From Podarcis pityusensis (taxonomy: Eukaryota): DNA of 64,000 bases. Location: the NCBI GenBank assembly GCA_964106645.2, contig OZ067048.1; one strand, written 5' to 3'. Made by a program: the position numbers and the translations under genes. The number at the start of each line of letters is the position of its first letter. Positions within the stretch are counted from its first letter, which is position 1. The notes under the pieces were generated by a model. That model saw only the letters and a program-made list of their open reading frames with translations, searched no databases and was not told where the DNA came from. Shown piece after piece: positions 25,411-38,200 of the stretch.

Positions 25411-25790
25411 GTAAGAAGCCTCAACTCATATCCATTGCTGCATTGCTGCTGGTGATGATTCAGCTGGCTCCAGTTTTCAGATATCAAATATAGGTAACAA
25501 ATTTAAATAGGCCTTGGTGTGTAGAGCTGCTGAGGTATCATTGCCCTGCTGAATGATCTGGGTTTCATGATTCTTATATGTGTGCCATGCAGGGAAACTC
25601 TTCTCTTGTTTTTGTAGTGAATTACTGTATCAGGGCTTTCTTTGGATCATTAAGGTGAAAGATGCTTCAAAACCGTTACACATAATATTTATTTAAATTG
25701 CCATTTTCAGATCACCAGTAAATCTAAAGAGTATACCCTTAACCATCCAACTCAACTGTTGCAGCAGTTCAAAATACCCTTTTAATAAAT

Positions 25791-26137
25791 TCAGGTAGGT
25801 AGCTGTGTTGGTCTGACACAGTCAAAATATATAAAAAAAAATTAAAAATTGTCCAGTAGCACCTTAGAGACCAACTAAGTTTGTTCTGGGTATAAGCTTT
25901 TGTGTGCATGCACACGTCTTCAGGTAAGTCCATCAACCTCACAAAGAAATTTGCACAGGTGTACAGACTGATATCTCCTTTCTGACTAAATGCAAGAACC
26001 TAAGGACATTATACCTAAGGGTCTTAGAATTAAGAACCCTGTACAATTCACCTATCCTACTAGGTATCTGAAGAAGTGTGCATGCACAACGAAAGCTTAT
26101 ACCCAGAACAAACCTAGTTGGTCTCTAAGGTGCTACT
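25791..26137 (+). mobile_element. Penelope-like element remnant with inverted pseudo-LTR segments
   Basis: ~70-bp inverted arms (25855-25923 and 26068-26137) flank a frameshifted ORF fragment (…FLTKCKN…DIIPKGLRIKNPVQFTYPT) resembling reptile Penelope ORF N-termini. 11-bp flanking repeat TTTTAATAAAT at 25780-25790 and 26138-26148. Confidence 0.85.
26064..26102 (+). ncRNA. Minimal type I hammerhead ribozyme motif (Penelope-associated)
   Basis: GTAT-CTGAAGA-aGTGTGCATGCACAaC-GAAA-GCT-T-ATAC. Contains the CUGANGA and GAAA core boxes, stem I GTAT/ATAC, a palindromic stem II with one inserted A, and palindromic AGCU in place of stem III. Confidence 0.7.
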
Positions 26138-29100
26138 TTTTAATAAATATTATGAACGGCCCTGATTGTTGATTGAATCACAGAACTCTCACCTTCTTGA
26201 GCTACTTCAGAAGAATACCATGGTCTGTAGTCTCGAAAGCTGCTGAGGGGTCAAGAAGAAAGAGCAAGTTTACATTCCTCCCCCCAAATGCTGTCAGCCA
26301 TAGCAACTAAGGCAGTTTCAGTGCCCTGAATTGGCCTGAAGCCCAAAAAGGATCCAGATACTCAATGTCCTCCAAGCATGCCTGAAACTGGACACACACA
26401 CACACACACTGAGCACCTTGCCCCAAAAGGGAACAGTTGCCGCTGAACAATAGTGGGCACTTCTGAGTCCAGGAAAATCCTCTTCTGGAGTGGATGTGTC
26501 ACTGCCTCCAAGGTTAAGTACAAATAAATAAAATAAATACTACAATATCTTAACCATAATACAAAGATTACACAATCCTAAAGGGCACTCAGCACATTTG
26601 AGATAATAGTCGATACCCATTACAATGAACTTCAATTTAGAAATATAAACTGTACCAATCTGTGCAGATGAATTTGTGTTGGGGGAATGAGAACCGCTCA
26701 TTACTGGTGTTCCTGTCTCCTTTTCTGTCCTTTCTGACCCGTTCCCAAAATAGTCGGCCATCATTACCCACATAGGCAGGACGTCCGTAAAATGAATGGC
26801 ATATTGCGTGTTCTTAGCATCGTCCTGATGCTGAACTCCAGAGCTCAGCACAGTCCCGTCTTTTGACCTTATGGGATGCCACAGGACCAATCCTAGGAAA
26901 AATGCCTGTTGCCATCCTCTGTGATCTCCCTGTTAGAAGTGGGGAGATTTCTTCCAGAATAGCCTCTCTAGCAACTGTTTCCCTTCACCATTACGAGCGT
27001 TCACAGCAAAAAGTGGAACACAGTATTTTGGAATGCAGCCTGTGGCTTTGCAAAGCTCTCTTATAGCCTATTGAAGTGGATGCTGGTACAACTTGCTCCT
27101 TGCAGAGGCATGATATGTAACGTTTTGTGCTCAAGCCCATCATTTTAAAAGGATCCTGTGAGTTCCCTTCCCAGAGAAATGGGACCTGGTAATCCTTATC
27201 ACTTTTCCTATACGGATTATAAACAGGATTCTAGATTAATAGTGCCCCAACTTGCAGATTTACCTCCAGTTAAGCAGATAATCTCTTGCTGTATAAATGT
27301 TTCACTTGACGTAGGAGTTCCTTTTAAAATAAAGTGTTTTTATTATTGTTCTGGAAAGTTTCCTTGCCCTTTCCCTCAGCCAGTAGGTGTCATGCTGATT
27401 CGAATGTGCTTAGAAAGGAGTGAGGCAGTATGTTGTACTCCACCCTTTCCCAAGGCACAGTGAGAGGTCCCTCTCTTCCAGTCCTTTGTACTGAACTCTT
27501 AAGAAGAGGTGTGGTAAGCAGTGAAGCATCTTTCTGCTTTCTGAGCCCTTGGAAGACTTAGTGCTATGGTAACAACATACACCCTGTTCCTCTTGCCTGT
27601 TTGAGGCGAATGTGCAGTCTTGACTTTGCAGTCATGTGGACTCTTGAGAGATGGTCCACGTGATCTTGGGCAGGCACCCCCCCTCCTTGGGAGAAGGGTA
27701 GGATCTGTGGCAACCATGAGCTTTGGCTGACTACGTGGAGCTCTGATGGCATATAATACACTTGTTCTTTTGCAGGCAGTTTTTCAGTCCTCCGTATGTT
27801 TGCAGACATTAATAACTTTCTGCGTACATTGCATCTTGAATCTTAATAAAAACCAACTGAAATAAACTTGAACTATGAAGAGCCTTTTGTAAAAGTATGT
27901 CCCCTCATTAAATGAATGCTCTGAATTTATTTTGAGGAATGTATAAAATCTTGCTTTCAAGTGCGATGAAACACTTGTGCCTTTATTCTTCTAATCCTTC
28001 TCAGCTTCCTCTTCCTCTTTTAAAGCTATGCTGTCATTTATTTATTTATTTATTTATTTATTTATTTGCTGAGGAAAGCAACGACTTCAAAATCTGATTT
28101 TACTAATAGTAGTTGGTGGTTAGCTATTTATTGACCGAAATGTGTGTTACATTGGCTCGCTAGAGGGCAGTAGTGCTCTTCCAAGTGTCTTTGTTTCTTT
28201 GACACATTGAATGCTTTTTTCCCCTCCCTCAAATAACATTGTTGAATTAGTTGTGAAGTTAGTTGTGGTGGGAAACTGTGTTTACCTTTCTAATCTACAT
28301 ACAACAATACGGTTCTGTTATACCTGCCTGCTCATTTTAATGCTTTTTAAATCAGTGCAATGCTTTTCTCATCCGTGGAAGCCTTATTGCCCCTTTTTAA
28401 GGAATCCCAGTGGTCTACATACCTAAGGGATTTCTTATTAGCTTGGACTCCTCAAAAGAAGCCACAGAGGCATATTACCACTTTTTTGCTTATTGTTTCA
28501 GTATGGGAACCAAAGAAGAAAGTTTGCAGTGTGAAACTTTGTGTGCTGCTTTTGGCCACAGAAGTTTCCAGTGCAGAAGAGACAAGCCACTCTTCAGTAT
28601 AAAAAGCAGCTTGTCTCTTTGGCAACAGAAATCTTGTGAAACAAATAGAAAAGCCAAACTGTGTTATGCCCATGTAGGCCTTATCTGGATCATGGCAGCA
28701 GTACTGAATTCTGAGAGCTGATGGGTGCAATCACTGATTCCCTATGTTTTGTTAGCTTTTAAATGCAGGGTTTTGGATACTGATTTTTTTGTTTGTTTGT
28801 TTCATTAAATAATATATAAACTGCCCACCATTCAAAAATATTGTGGCGATGTACAAAAAAGAAATAAATAAAAATAAAATACAAGATACAGAGATACAAA
28901 AGAAGAATATATTAAATCCACTTGTAAAACCCATCATTCTTTTAATCCCATTATGTGGTCAGATACGATCTACACATAATTTTAAAAGAAATTTCCAATA
29001 AAAGACTATTCGGAGATAATTTAATATTCCATTTCCTTACGGGTTCCTACATCTTAAGGCATATTCCATCAATGGGAGGAGAATGAAGTGTGTAACTTGA

Positions 29101-30547
29101 TAAGGTGCAACTTTTTTTGTTGAAGTGCTGGATAGTCGTCATTCATCATCATTCATCTCCAGGGCTGTCTGTCTCCTTCCTTCTTCCCCCTTCTCTCTGC
29201 CCCTTCTCTTTCTCACTTCAAAGTGGGCTTGATCCCTACGATCAGTTTCCCACCAGCTTGCCAAGTGAGTCGGTGCTATTACCTTCCCCGTCTTCACTGG
29301 TGGCCACTGCTGATGTAGAGCACAGACATGGGAACTTGCCCCACGATCACCTTACTTGTACAGTTAGTTCCACTTCATGCTATGGCCAGGAGACTGGCAA
29401 CTTTCTACAGGGGTGCTGATTTCCTGTGGTGAAAATGATGTCTAGCATGGCTTTCTTCTTTAAGTCTGCCCTGTGCTGGAATAGTTGGGAGCGGAAACAG
29501 TTTTCTTGCCAGTGCATGCTCAGTTGCTATTGTGTGATCTGTCTGCTTGCTGGAAAAAATAAGCGCAGAGTTTTTAAAAACATTCCTTGCTGGAAAAATA
29601 GAAAAAAGCAACACTTACGAAGTGAGTATAAGGAAATGAACGGATTAAACTGTGAGGACTCACCGCTTACGGTTAATGCTCTAGTGTTAAGAGATTTGTG
29701 TTGTTATGTCAGAGCTCTTTGACTCTTGGGGAATATTTTGCACTATAGATTACAGTGTTCTAACAGTAAGGGAAAGGAGGCTCTCCAAAATTTAGCAGTG
29801 ACTGAACTGATGAAGAGAGATTTTGGTAAATTCAGATCTAATCACTTCTGGTAGATTATATTTATCATAAAATAAAAATTCCATTTTGCTTTGAGTTTAT
29901 ATTTAATCCGTCTTCCCAGGGTGCTGCCATGAAATCGCCTTGACAACAAAGGATAATTTATTTTACAAAAAAATTGGATTAGATTCTGTTTGCAGAGGGT
30001 GCACTATTTGTGGGAAGAGTTTCAAATTGGAAACACTCTGGATGAGAAACATTGTCTTTGCAAAATGTATCTTACTGGCTCTTCTTTCCTTTTTTTTTTT
30101 TTTTTTTTAAGCGTCTCCCTTCATTCCCGCTTACTGTTGTTACTGTGCCATAAATTTTTCCTTTCAGTGCAATTTGGTGCATGTTTGCTTGGAAGAAAGC
30201 CCCACTGTGTTAAATGGAACATACTTCTGTGAAAGTGTGCATAGGATTGCAGTCTTAACTTTTTGTCGTAATGACTGTGTTTATTTCCTCAGTTGCCACT
30301 ATTTCAACCGAACATATATTTTGAAAGTTCTTTTTAAGCTTTTAAACTATGGATGGATGGATAGTGTGGATCAATTGACTATTATACTGGAAGTCTGCAA
30401 AGAGATATTGATTGATTGATTATTAAATTTGTTTACCGTCCTTCATCTGTAGATCTTGGGGAGGTTCACAACATAAAAACACAAAACATATAATAAAAAC
30501 ATGAACAATAAACCCCCTCCTGCTTCTTAATGGCTATTAGAATATTG

Positions 30548-30685
30548 CGTAACCTCCAGGTTGCAGAATCTTTGGGTTATGGCTGCGCCGTAAGTGTGCG
30601 CAGAAGCAGCACCTCTAGTTACGGGTTTTACAGGGTGCGCATGGCACCCTGAAATGAATTAAATCCATAACCAGAGGTACCACTG
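30548..30685. mobile_element. Tc1/mariner-superfamily MITE, partial (right TIR only)
   Basis: Ends AACCAGAGGTACCACTG|TA. Left TIR absent, so the left boundary is approximate. Confidence 0.7.
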
Positions 30686-31084
30686 TAGTTCATTGTATCC
30701 TGCATGTAAATAAAAGAGCTATGCTGACACAGCACGTATTAAGTGGACTACTAAATGTCATTTCAGGATTTTGGTCACATAAAGTTGCAGTTGTATGCCT
30801 GCTTCCCTGGTAGTGAGTCCTGTTTATCTTTCCTTCTGACTTCCGTCAGAGTAGACATCTATTGAACTGTGCTGTAAAAGGCTTTGAATGTCCTGCCCCC
30901 CCTCAAAAAAGAGGAATGTGTAAAGTAAAGGCTGTGTAAAATCCTGGAAGTAAGCCTTTCTCTTCTAAAACCTGGTGAACCGAATGCTGCTCCCCCCCCC
31001 CCCCAACAACTTCCATGTACTTTAGATTTATTCGTACCATCCTGCAACATCAGTTTGACAACAAATGAATAATGGCTACGTTAG

Positions 31085-31244
31085 GTAAAGGTAAAGGTAA
31101 AGGGACCCCTGACCATTAGGTCCAGTTGTGGCCGACTCTGGGGTTGCAGCGCTCATCTTGCTTTATTGGCCGAGGGAGCCGGCATACAGCTTCCAGGTCA
31201 TGTGGCCAGCATGACTAAGCCGTTTCTGGAGAACCAGAGCAGCA
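31085..31244 (-). mobile_element. Sauria SINE, 5'-truncated
   Basis: Tail plus 3' half only. Probable TSD CTACGTTAG / CTGCGTTAG. Confidence 0.9.
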
Positions 31245-31426
31245 CTGCGTTAGACCTTTGTTAATTCCAGTGGCAGCAAATTTTCCAGATTTGAGCCCTT
31301 TAGATTTTCTACATTTTGAACAGCAAAAAAATGAGATCTGTATCCATTGATTAATTGTACTCTTCTGTTCATCCTACGTAAATTTTCATCTCTTTTGAAA
31401 ATATGAAGAGTAACTGTGGACATAAT

Positions 31427-31655
31427 AAATAATAATAGTAATTTATTATTTATACCCCGCCCATCCGGCTGGGTTTCCCCAGCCACTCTGGGTGGCTTTC
31501 AACAAAGTGTTAAAAATACAATAAAACATCAGACATTAAAAACTTGCCTAAATAGGGCTGCCTTCAGATGTCTTCTAAAAGTCAGATAGTTGTTTATTTC
31601 CTTGACATCTGATGGGAGGGTGTTCCACAGGGCGGGCGCCATCACTGAGAAGGCC
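31427..31655 (-). mobile_element. L2 LINE 3' end
   Basis: AFSVMAPALWNTLPSDVKEINNYLTFRRHLKAALFRQVF on the minus strand. 3' UTR ends gggcggggtataaataa with a (TTA)n tail. Probable TSD TGGACA(T/G)AAT. Confidence 0.85.
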
Positions 31656-31867
31656 TGGACAGAATCCAACATTGTGACTTTAACTCTTGCAATGAGACAG
31701 TACCATCCTGTTCTCTGGCAGCTCCCACAGACACCCCTAGTGCCCCCCCAGCAAATTTTCAGGGTGCACAAATAGTTGCAGAGAGGAGGAGGTGCTGTTG
31801 TGTGATCCCTATATCACTACGTGAATATCTTCTAGAGGGAAAGCTGTCTGTTGAAGCAAAATGTATG

Positions 31868-31931
31868 AAGAGTTTTGTGGCACCCTGAAAACTCATAATT
31901 GTGTTCGTCTTTAAGGTGCCTCAAGACTCTT
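31868..31931. mobile_element. Short inverted-repeat remnant, probably Penelope pLTR-derived
   Basis: Arms AAGAGTTTTGTGGCACC ... GGTGCCTCAAGACTCTT resemble the gcacctta/taaggtgc arms at 25855-26137. Confidence 0.5.
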
Positions 31932-34702
31932 TTTGATTATGTGAATTACAGTATCTGTTACATTCTTTAAAAAAAAAATAGTAGTAGCTGTAGTCTGTAT
32001 TGGTCATGTTGCCTCCTAAAACATGTATCTAGTGAAACCTGCCAGAAGATGAAATCCACCACGCTGTGCGATTTGATGCATTTCAGTGGACTCCCACACA
32101 AATTCTTTCCTTTGAAAAGTGTGATTGTGCAAAATAAACCTATTAAAGGAATTTACAGAATCTTCTTGACAATCTTTAATTTAAGCAAAATCAAATGATA
32201 CTGAAATGTAAAATACAAACTTGCTGTAGATTTATTTTATGATTTCTTTCTCTTGTGGACTCTTATCTAGCCCTGCTTTATAGCAGCCTGATAAAAATCA
32301 AAGCATAAACATGCCGCTGAGATTTATAAACTAAAATTACTGTTCTTTTCAAACTGAAAACTTTTTTTCCAGTCTGTTCTAATCAAATGCTATATTGGCC
32401 CTTTCAAGTCTGTCCACAGGGTTCTGCCTTCTGAAAACGTTTCAGCTTGCTAACTTTGCCATACCTGTCGACAGCCTTTTTAAACCAGTAGTGCACACCA
32501 GGAAGTATAATTTTATCCGTATCCTATATCTGTGCTCTCTGCCCCATCTCTGCTGGAAATTTGCCTTTTCTTTCCTTTCAAGGAGGGCAGACAACGCATA
32601 TCCTCATAAATCTTGGAATTTCAGAAAATGCATGGGTACCTACAAGGTGGGAAGATGTGATTATTGCAGCCAGCAGCACTGACAGTGTTAGGCTTTAGGT
32701 TGTTCTTGGCAATTTCTGAATCTTCAGTTCGTTTCTTATAAAATGCAGAGGTCTTAAAGTGGGGTGTGTGTGTGTGTGTGTGCACGCACAAACACACACT
32801 TTGTATGTAGAAGTGACTGTTTTGGTACAATCTTCAAATCTTATTGCAGCCCCCAAACTGCTTTGATCTTTCTCTGCCGTTCCCCTGAGATACCAGTGAT
32901 GCTGTGTAGTGATTTTGTAGGGAGTGTAACTTTTTAGAACAGCTGGGAATATGAGTGAAAGCAGACTATAAATAGAAGCGGGAAGTAGCAATGGGATTTT
33001 CCCTTAAGCCTAGGTGCTTGTCGCTCAGTTCTGCTTTCATGGTTACTTCTGTACTGTTTGTGACTTATTCTTGCCTTGCATATTGGCTATTGCACATTGG
33101 TGATTAGGATGCCTCTTTTGCCACGGAACCTTATTGCAACATTTTTTTTTAAAGCCAATTACGTTTTCAGTTTGGATCTGGACTTTTGCAAACTCTTGTT
33201 TGCAGATAATGATAAGTGATCCCTGAAGCAAGGAAACATGCTTCAGATATGTGGCAGATGAGACTAGAGACCATCTGATTGAGAAAGCATCTAATGCCTT
33301 TCCAATAAAAGCGGGTGTGGTGCAGGGAAGTTCCACTATAAAGCAGACGGCGAGTTATAAAGCAAGCTGGTTGAAAACGGTTACTTCAGCAAAGTCAGTG
33401 TTTTTAGTGAGAGTACATTTTCACTGTAGGCCTTCGCAGTACCTTGCAAGTTATACAGGATATCCTGCTAAGCTGGTTCAATGTACTAATTGTAAAAAAG
33501 AGAGGACATTTTGCTGAAGTATATCATCGTAGTCAGACTAACTAGAAATCACACATAGTTATAGTACCTGGTGTTATTATTTTGAGTGTGGACAGGATTA
33601 GTCACACACCTTGCATTTTTTTTTTTAAGTTTGCTGTTAATATTTTTTGCTACAGCTGCAAGGTTACCAAAGGATATGGAATGAATGCTGAATATTAGCT
33701 CAGGAATTTCTATATTACCTGAATTGGTTTCTTTGCATTGATTTATGCCATTGAGCACACCAATCATAATTTTGGCTTAGTAGCTGAAGAATCAGATTCC
33801 CCAGTGTGATTGTTTACCTGTAAAAAGCGACCTTTTGCTCCTCTCGTGCACCTAGAAGAGTTCTGTATCGTTCTTCATGGCACTCCTATTCTTGGCAGAC
33901 GTGTATTTGATGCATTGAATGTATAGTTGAGGGACACATCCCTCCTCAGTCAAGTGCTGCTGCTGCTGCAGGACAAACACAGTTTCAGCCACATCAGAGC
34001 ACCAGTGTGAGGGGAAACTTGGCTTTTGTTCTTAAAATTAAACTGAACAGTATGTGATACCTGCAGATCAGAAGCTATGTTGTTTACTGTTCGAAATTAG
34101 AGAAGCTGTGTTGGAAGGGATTAAAAACTTGATACGAAAGGGTGTTATTGAGGAGGCTGGTTAATCTGAACTGGTCTCATGATCTAGTAGACAGAATTTT
34201 AAACTAGCAAATGTATTCATACTTGTTCATAAGAACATTGGGCGGTACCTTTATTAGTCCCGATAATCCCACAAAGCAATGAGCAGGCTAGAAGTTGCAC
34301 GTAGCAACAGTTGGGGACCCTGGGAATGGAGTTAGTGCAGAAATTAGGTTGGATGTTGAAGCCTTGAGGTCTTCATTTCAATTCAGCCTGACAAAGAAGA
34401 TTGCAGGCTGAATTAATCCCTGCTGGGTAGTTGCAGGTATTCAGTAATACCTAATATTCTAAGATGACAAAACAATGGCTGATCCCCATTTGGAAAAACC
34501 TAAAGGCTAGTTGTTACCCAGCTCTGTCTAATGCTTTGAGCAAAAACGTGCATGTTTCTGGTTAGGCAGGAAGCAGCTGCAAAGTAAAATATGGCAGTAT
34601 TTATATTAGCAAAGCTGGAGATTAATTGTGGGTAGTACACTAGGTAAAAGTCATCTGAAGCCAAATTGTGTAGTATTGGTCATTGGAGGGCATGTAATCC
34701 CT

Positions 34703-34804
34703 CAGTAGTAGTAGTAGTAGTAATAATGATGATAATAATAATAATTTATTTATACCCCGCCCATCTGGCTGGGCTTCCCTAGCCACTCTGGGCGGCTTCC
34801 AACA
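34703..34804 (-). mobile_element. L2 3' terminus (same family as 31427) with (TAG)n/(TAA)n tail
   Basis: tttatttataccccgcccatctggctggg...ccactctgggcggcttccaaca is nearly identical to 31450-31504. Confidence 0.75.
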
Positions 34805-34853
34805 TAGGATGCAGAATCCCAGTTCAGGTGGTAGAAAATAATCTCTGGCTATA

Positions 34854-35091
34854 CAGTGGTAACTTGGGTTACATATGCTTCAGGTTACATATGCTTCAGG
34901 TTACAGACTCCGCTAACCCAGAAATAGTGCTTCAGGTTAAGAACTTTGCTTCAGGATAACAACAGAAATCGTGCTCCGGTGGCATGGCGGCAGCAGGAGG
35001 CCCCATTAGCTAAAGTGGTGCTTCAGGTTAAGAACAGTTTCAGGTTAAGATCAGACCTCCAGAATGAATTATTTAACCCAAGGTACCACTG
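34854..35091. mobile_element. Tc1/mariner-superfamily MITE
   Basis: TA|CAGTGGTAACTTGGGTTA ... TAACCCAAGGTACCACTG|TA. Confidence 0.9.
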
Positions 35092-35188
35092 TATATTCCA
35101 CTCAGTATGTTGTCTCCCAGGCATATAAACAAAGGCATCTGCATCTGTTCATAAGTTTTAAAAAACCACCACCACCCAAATCCGCAGT

Positions 35189-35275
35189 CCCTTCATTGGG
35201 ACCAACCAAATGTCACAAAATAGCCAGCAAGGTTTCAAGTTCTCCAGTGCTCTTCATCAGGCAGGAATGTTATAC
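35189..35275 (-). mobile_element. Penelope pLTR remnant of a second family, with degenerate hammerhead motif
   Basis: The minus strand reads GC-CTGATGA-agagcactggagaactt-GAAA-cctt-GC followed by tattttgtgacatttggttggtcccaatgaagg. Confidence 0.55.
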
Positions 35276-38200
35276 AAAGCAAGGGCTGAGGGAAATGAGG
35301 AGGAAGAAACCCAAACATGCAAAGAATAGGAGTCGTGAAACTCACTGGGTGACCCTGGGCTAGTCATTCTCATCTAAGCTACCCCTCAGAGTTGTTGTGA
35401 CTTGGCATCGTGAGGTCCTTGGAAGGGAAGGTGGGCGGTAAAAACATAAAATCAGTAATGCAGATTATTGGAAGATTAGGTTTCATCTCCATAAAACTTG
35501 TATTGTTTGACAAGCTGAATATTGCAGTCCATATTGTTGCATGTTATAAACACTGTATAGGCTTAGCAGGGACCAAATAAGCAGTCACGGTGTTCCAGCA
35601 ACCATTGCAGACATGTTTCAGGTAGCTGAAGTTACAGGTCAGCACCTCAATCAGTTACAAGGCCAGCAGTTTACATCGATCCCATTGTGCAGTTTGCAGC
35701 AAACAAGTTTGCCACCTGCAGCTATTCTACAACTTAACTTCATCACACTTACAGTTGTCGGCACAAAGGTACAGAAGGGAATGTCCTTAAACACAAATGA
35801 ACACTGTGCGCAAAAAGGACTGGAGGAAATCAGTTGCAAGCTCATCTCTTGAAGCCTGCATGTTTGGCTTAGCACAGTCAACTCCAAGCAATAATATTGC
35901 AGAATTGCTGAACTATCTGTAAAAAAAAAAATTCTTACAGTCTATTTTTCTGTGTTTTTGCGGAATTGCAGAAATTGACTTCAAACTGTTTAGTGAAAGC
36001 TTGTTCTAAAGACAAGATTCAATTGCTGTTTGGAGAGAGAGAAAATCTCTGAATGCTTGCAGTTAGTGTCATATTATTTCACCTTACAAGGATGGTTCCC
36101 CCCCTCTATTATTGACCCTTTGGATTGAAGACTGCTTTGTGTTATGGTTTTGGTGGCTCCACAGTTAAAGGCCTGTGTTGTATGCACTCTAAGATGGTAA
36201 CAATCATTGAACACCCCTTTCTTTTCCATCTCGTATACATCTCCACTCTGGAGAGAGTGATTGGATCTGACTCCAAACGTTACAGATTAGCAGGAGTAAA
36301 ACACTTGCCTGTCATTAGCATTTATAATTTGCATGAGCTGAAATTGGAGCTCTTTTTACAAATTATTCAAAAAATGCCTTTTAGTTTGAAATATGATATA
36401 TGTGAATATTAATGCAAAACAGAAAGCAGAAGCATAAAAAAAGAATTTATTCATTGCTTGTTTAAATGTTACTTCACTAAATGAGGTGGGGTGGACAACA
36501 TTTTAAAAAATCTATTAGGATGCACTTGGTAAAACAAACAGATTCAACATTGCAGCCAACTGCTGCTGCTGCTGCTGGGTTTGTTAGGAGAAACACAATT
36601 TAAAAATAATGAACAAAACAAAGCACCCTCCCACACGTGGAAAATATTTAGATCTTATCTGGGAACAGGCAGATCCTGGAATAGGCATGTCTTTCCTTCC
36701 CTCCCTCCAAAGGTCTTTCATGGTCACTGAAGTATGGGAATAGTTAGTCCTGCTGATCATAGAGGAAGAACGTTATTCCTGACACCACCAGTAAAGCTTT
36801 TGTTTAATATCAATCATAGTTCTATTAAAGAGCCATGCATATAGTTGCAATCCTCCTTTGCAAGTCTTTCATGCTTTTTATTGCTAAAAGTCTTTTATCC
36901 CCACCCCTTATCTGTTTATTTGGAAAGAAATCTTCCAAATTCAGTGGGACTTTGGCCTAGCTGTGTGGACATTGAATTGTAGATTAAGACTGAAATCCTG
37001 TGCTCACTTACCTGGGAATGAGCTCGTTTGAACTTTGTGAGACTGGCTTCTGAGTAGACATGCATAGGATGGTGTTATTAATCTTACGCTACTGACGAAC
37101 ATCTGTTCCCTGAATTATTAAAATATCCAAAGTGTAAAATAATTTCTCCCCCTGCCAGCTCCAGGTCTGGCTCTCTGATTGCTAACTTCAACTGCACATT
37201 TTATCAAGATTTCTTCCCAAAGAGCAAGGAGCTGCAAATGCACTTCACGTCAGACTTAAAATGATATATGTCTCCTCTTAAACCTTCTAGCTCATAGTAG
37301 CTCCGCCTCAAAGCTTCAGCAGTTTATATTGTACTATGACTCAAAATGATAAAGTGAATTGTAAAATGTCGCTATTAGCAGCTACTGGGGTTTCCAGATT
37401 CAGAGCTACACTGGAACTTTCAAAGTTTTTATTATGACCTTTTTAGTTTGTGACAGATATAAATAGCATACCTTGAAGAAGTCAATGAAACATCAGGTAT
37501 AATGCATGGCATTGAGAATAATTACTCTATATATTAACAGGAATCAGTAACAGGCTGGGGGAGGGCCAGCAAGCTGAAGATGAATCCCAACAAGATGGAC
37601 ATGCTATGGGTATTTGGTTCTCAGGTCTGGGAGATTGGCGTTCTTCCTGTCTTCTTGACAGGCATGGATGCCCCTTTCTCTACTTTCTGACTGGCAGTAT
37701 GTGCTATTTCCTTAAATAACCCGATCCAAAATGTTTGAGTTTTAACACAACATAAGATGGAGTACAATAGGTCGCCCTAATCCAGACATGACTCCATAGC
37801 TATTTGCTTCTGTTTTCAAAGGGAGTTGTTCCGAATTTTCTCACATTGTGCGTTTGGAAATGCCTCCTCAAAATATCTTCTTTATCTGAAGCCAGATTGG
37901 TTGGGTTGAGGAGCAAAGCCACCTTTGTGGTGGCACCTGCTTTATGAAACTCCTTCCACAGAGAAATCCCATCAGGCCAGCCTGATTTTATATTATTATT
38001 TTTCCTTTATTATCTCAGTAGGCGTTTGGCAGTTTTGCATTGAGTGATCTGCTACTGCTGAAAACTTGGTTTACAGTGCATTTAGTTTTGTGTGTGCTAG
38101 CTTGGTCAAATTTGTTGGGGAAAGATGGAATGTCAGAGTTTGATTTGTTGTAGGCTGCCCTGAGGGCTCTGTAGAGCCAAGCTGGCGGGAAAGGAACAAA

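Noticed and set aside
26205-26245. Third hammerhead (CAGAAGA...GAAAGCT)
   Set aside because: The first box is CAGAAGA rather than CUGANGA, and no convincing stems I or II can be drawn.
29356-29423. Additional minus-strand exon (cattttcaccacag acceptor, GTAAGG donor)
   Set aside because: Stops occur in all three frames; it shows how readily splice-like signals arise by chance here.
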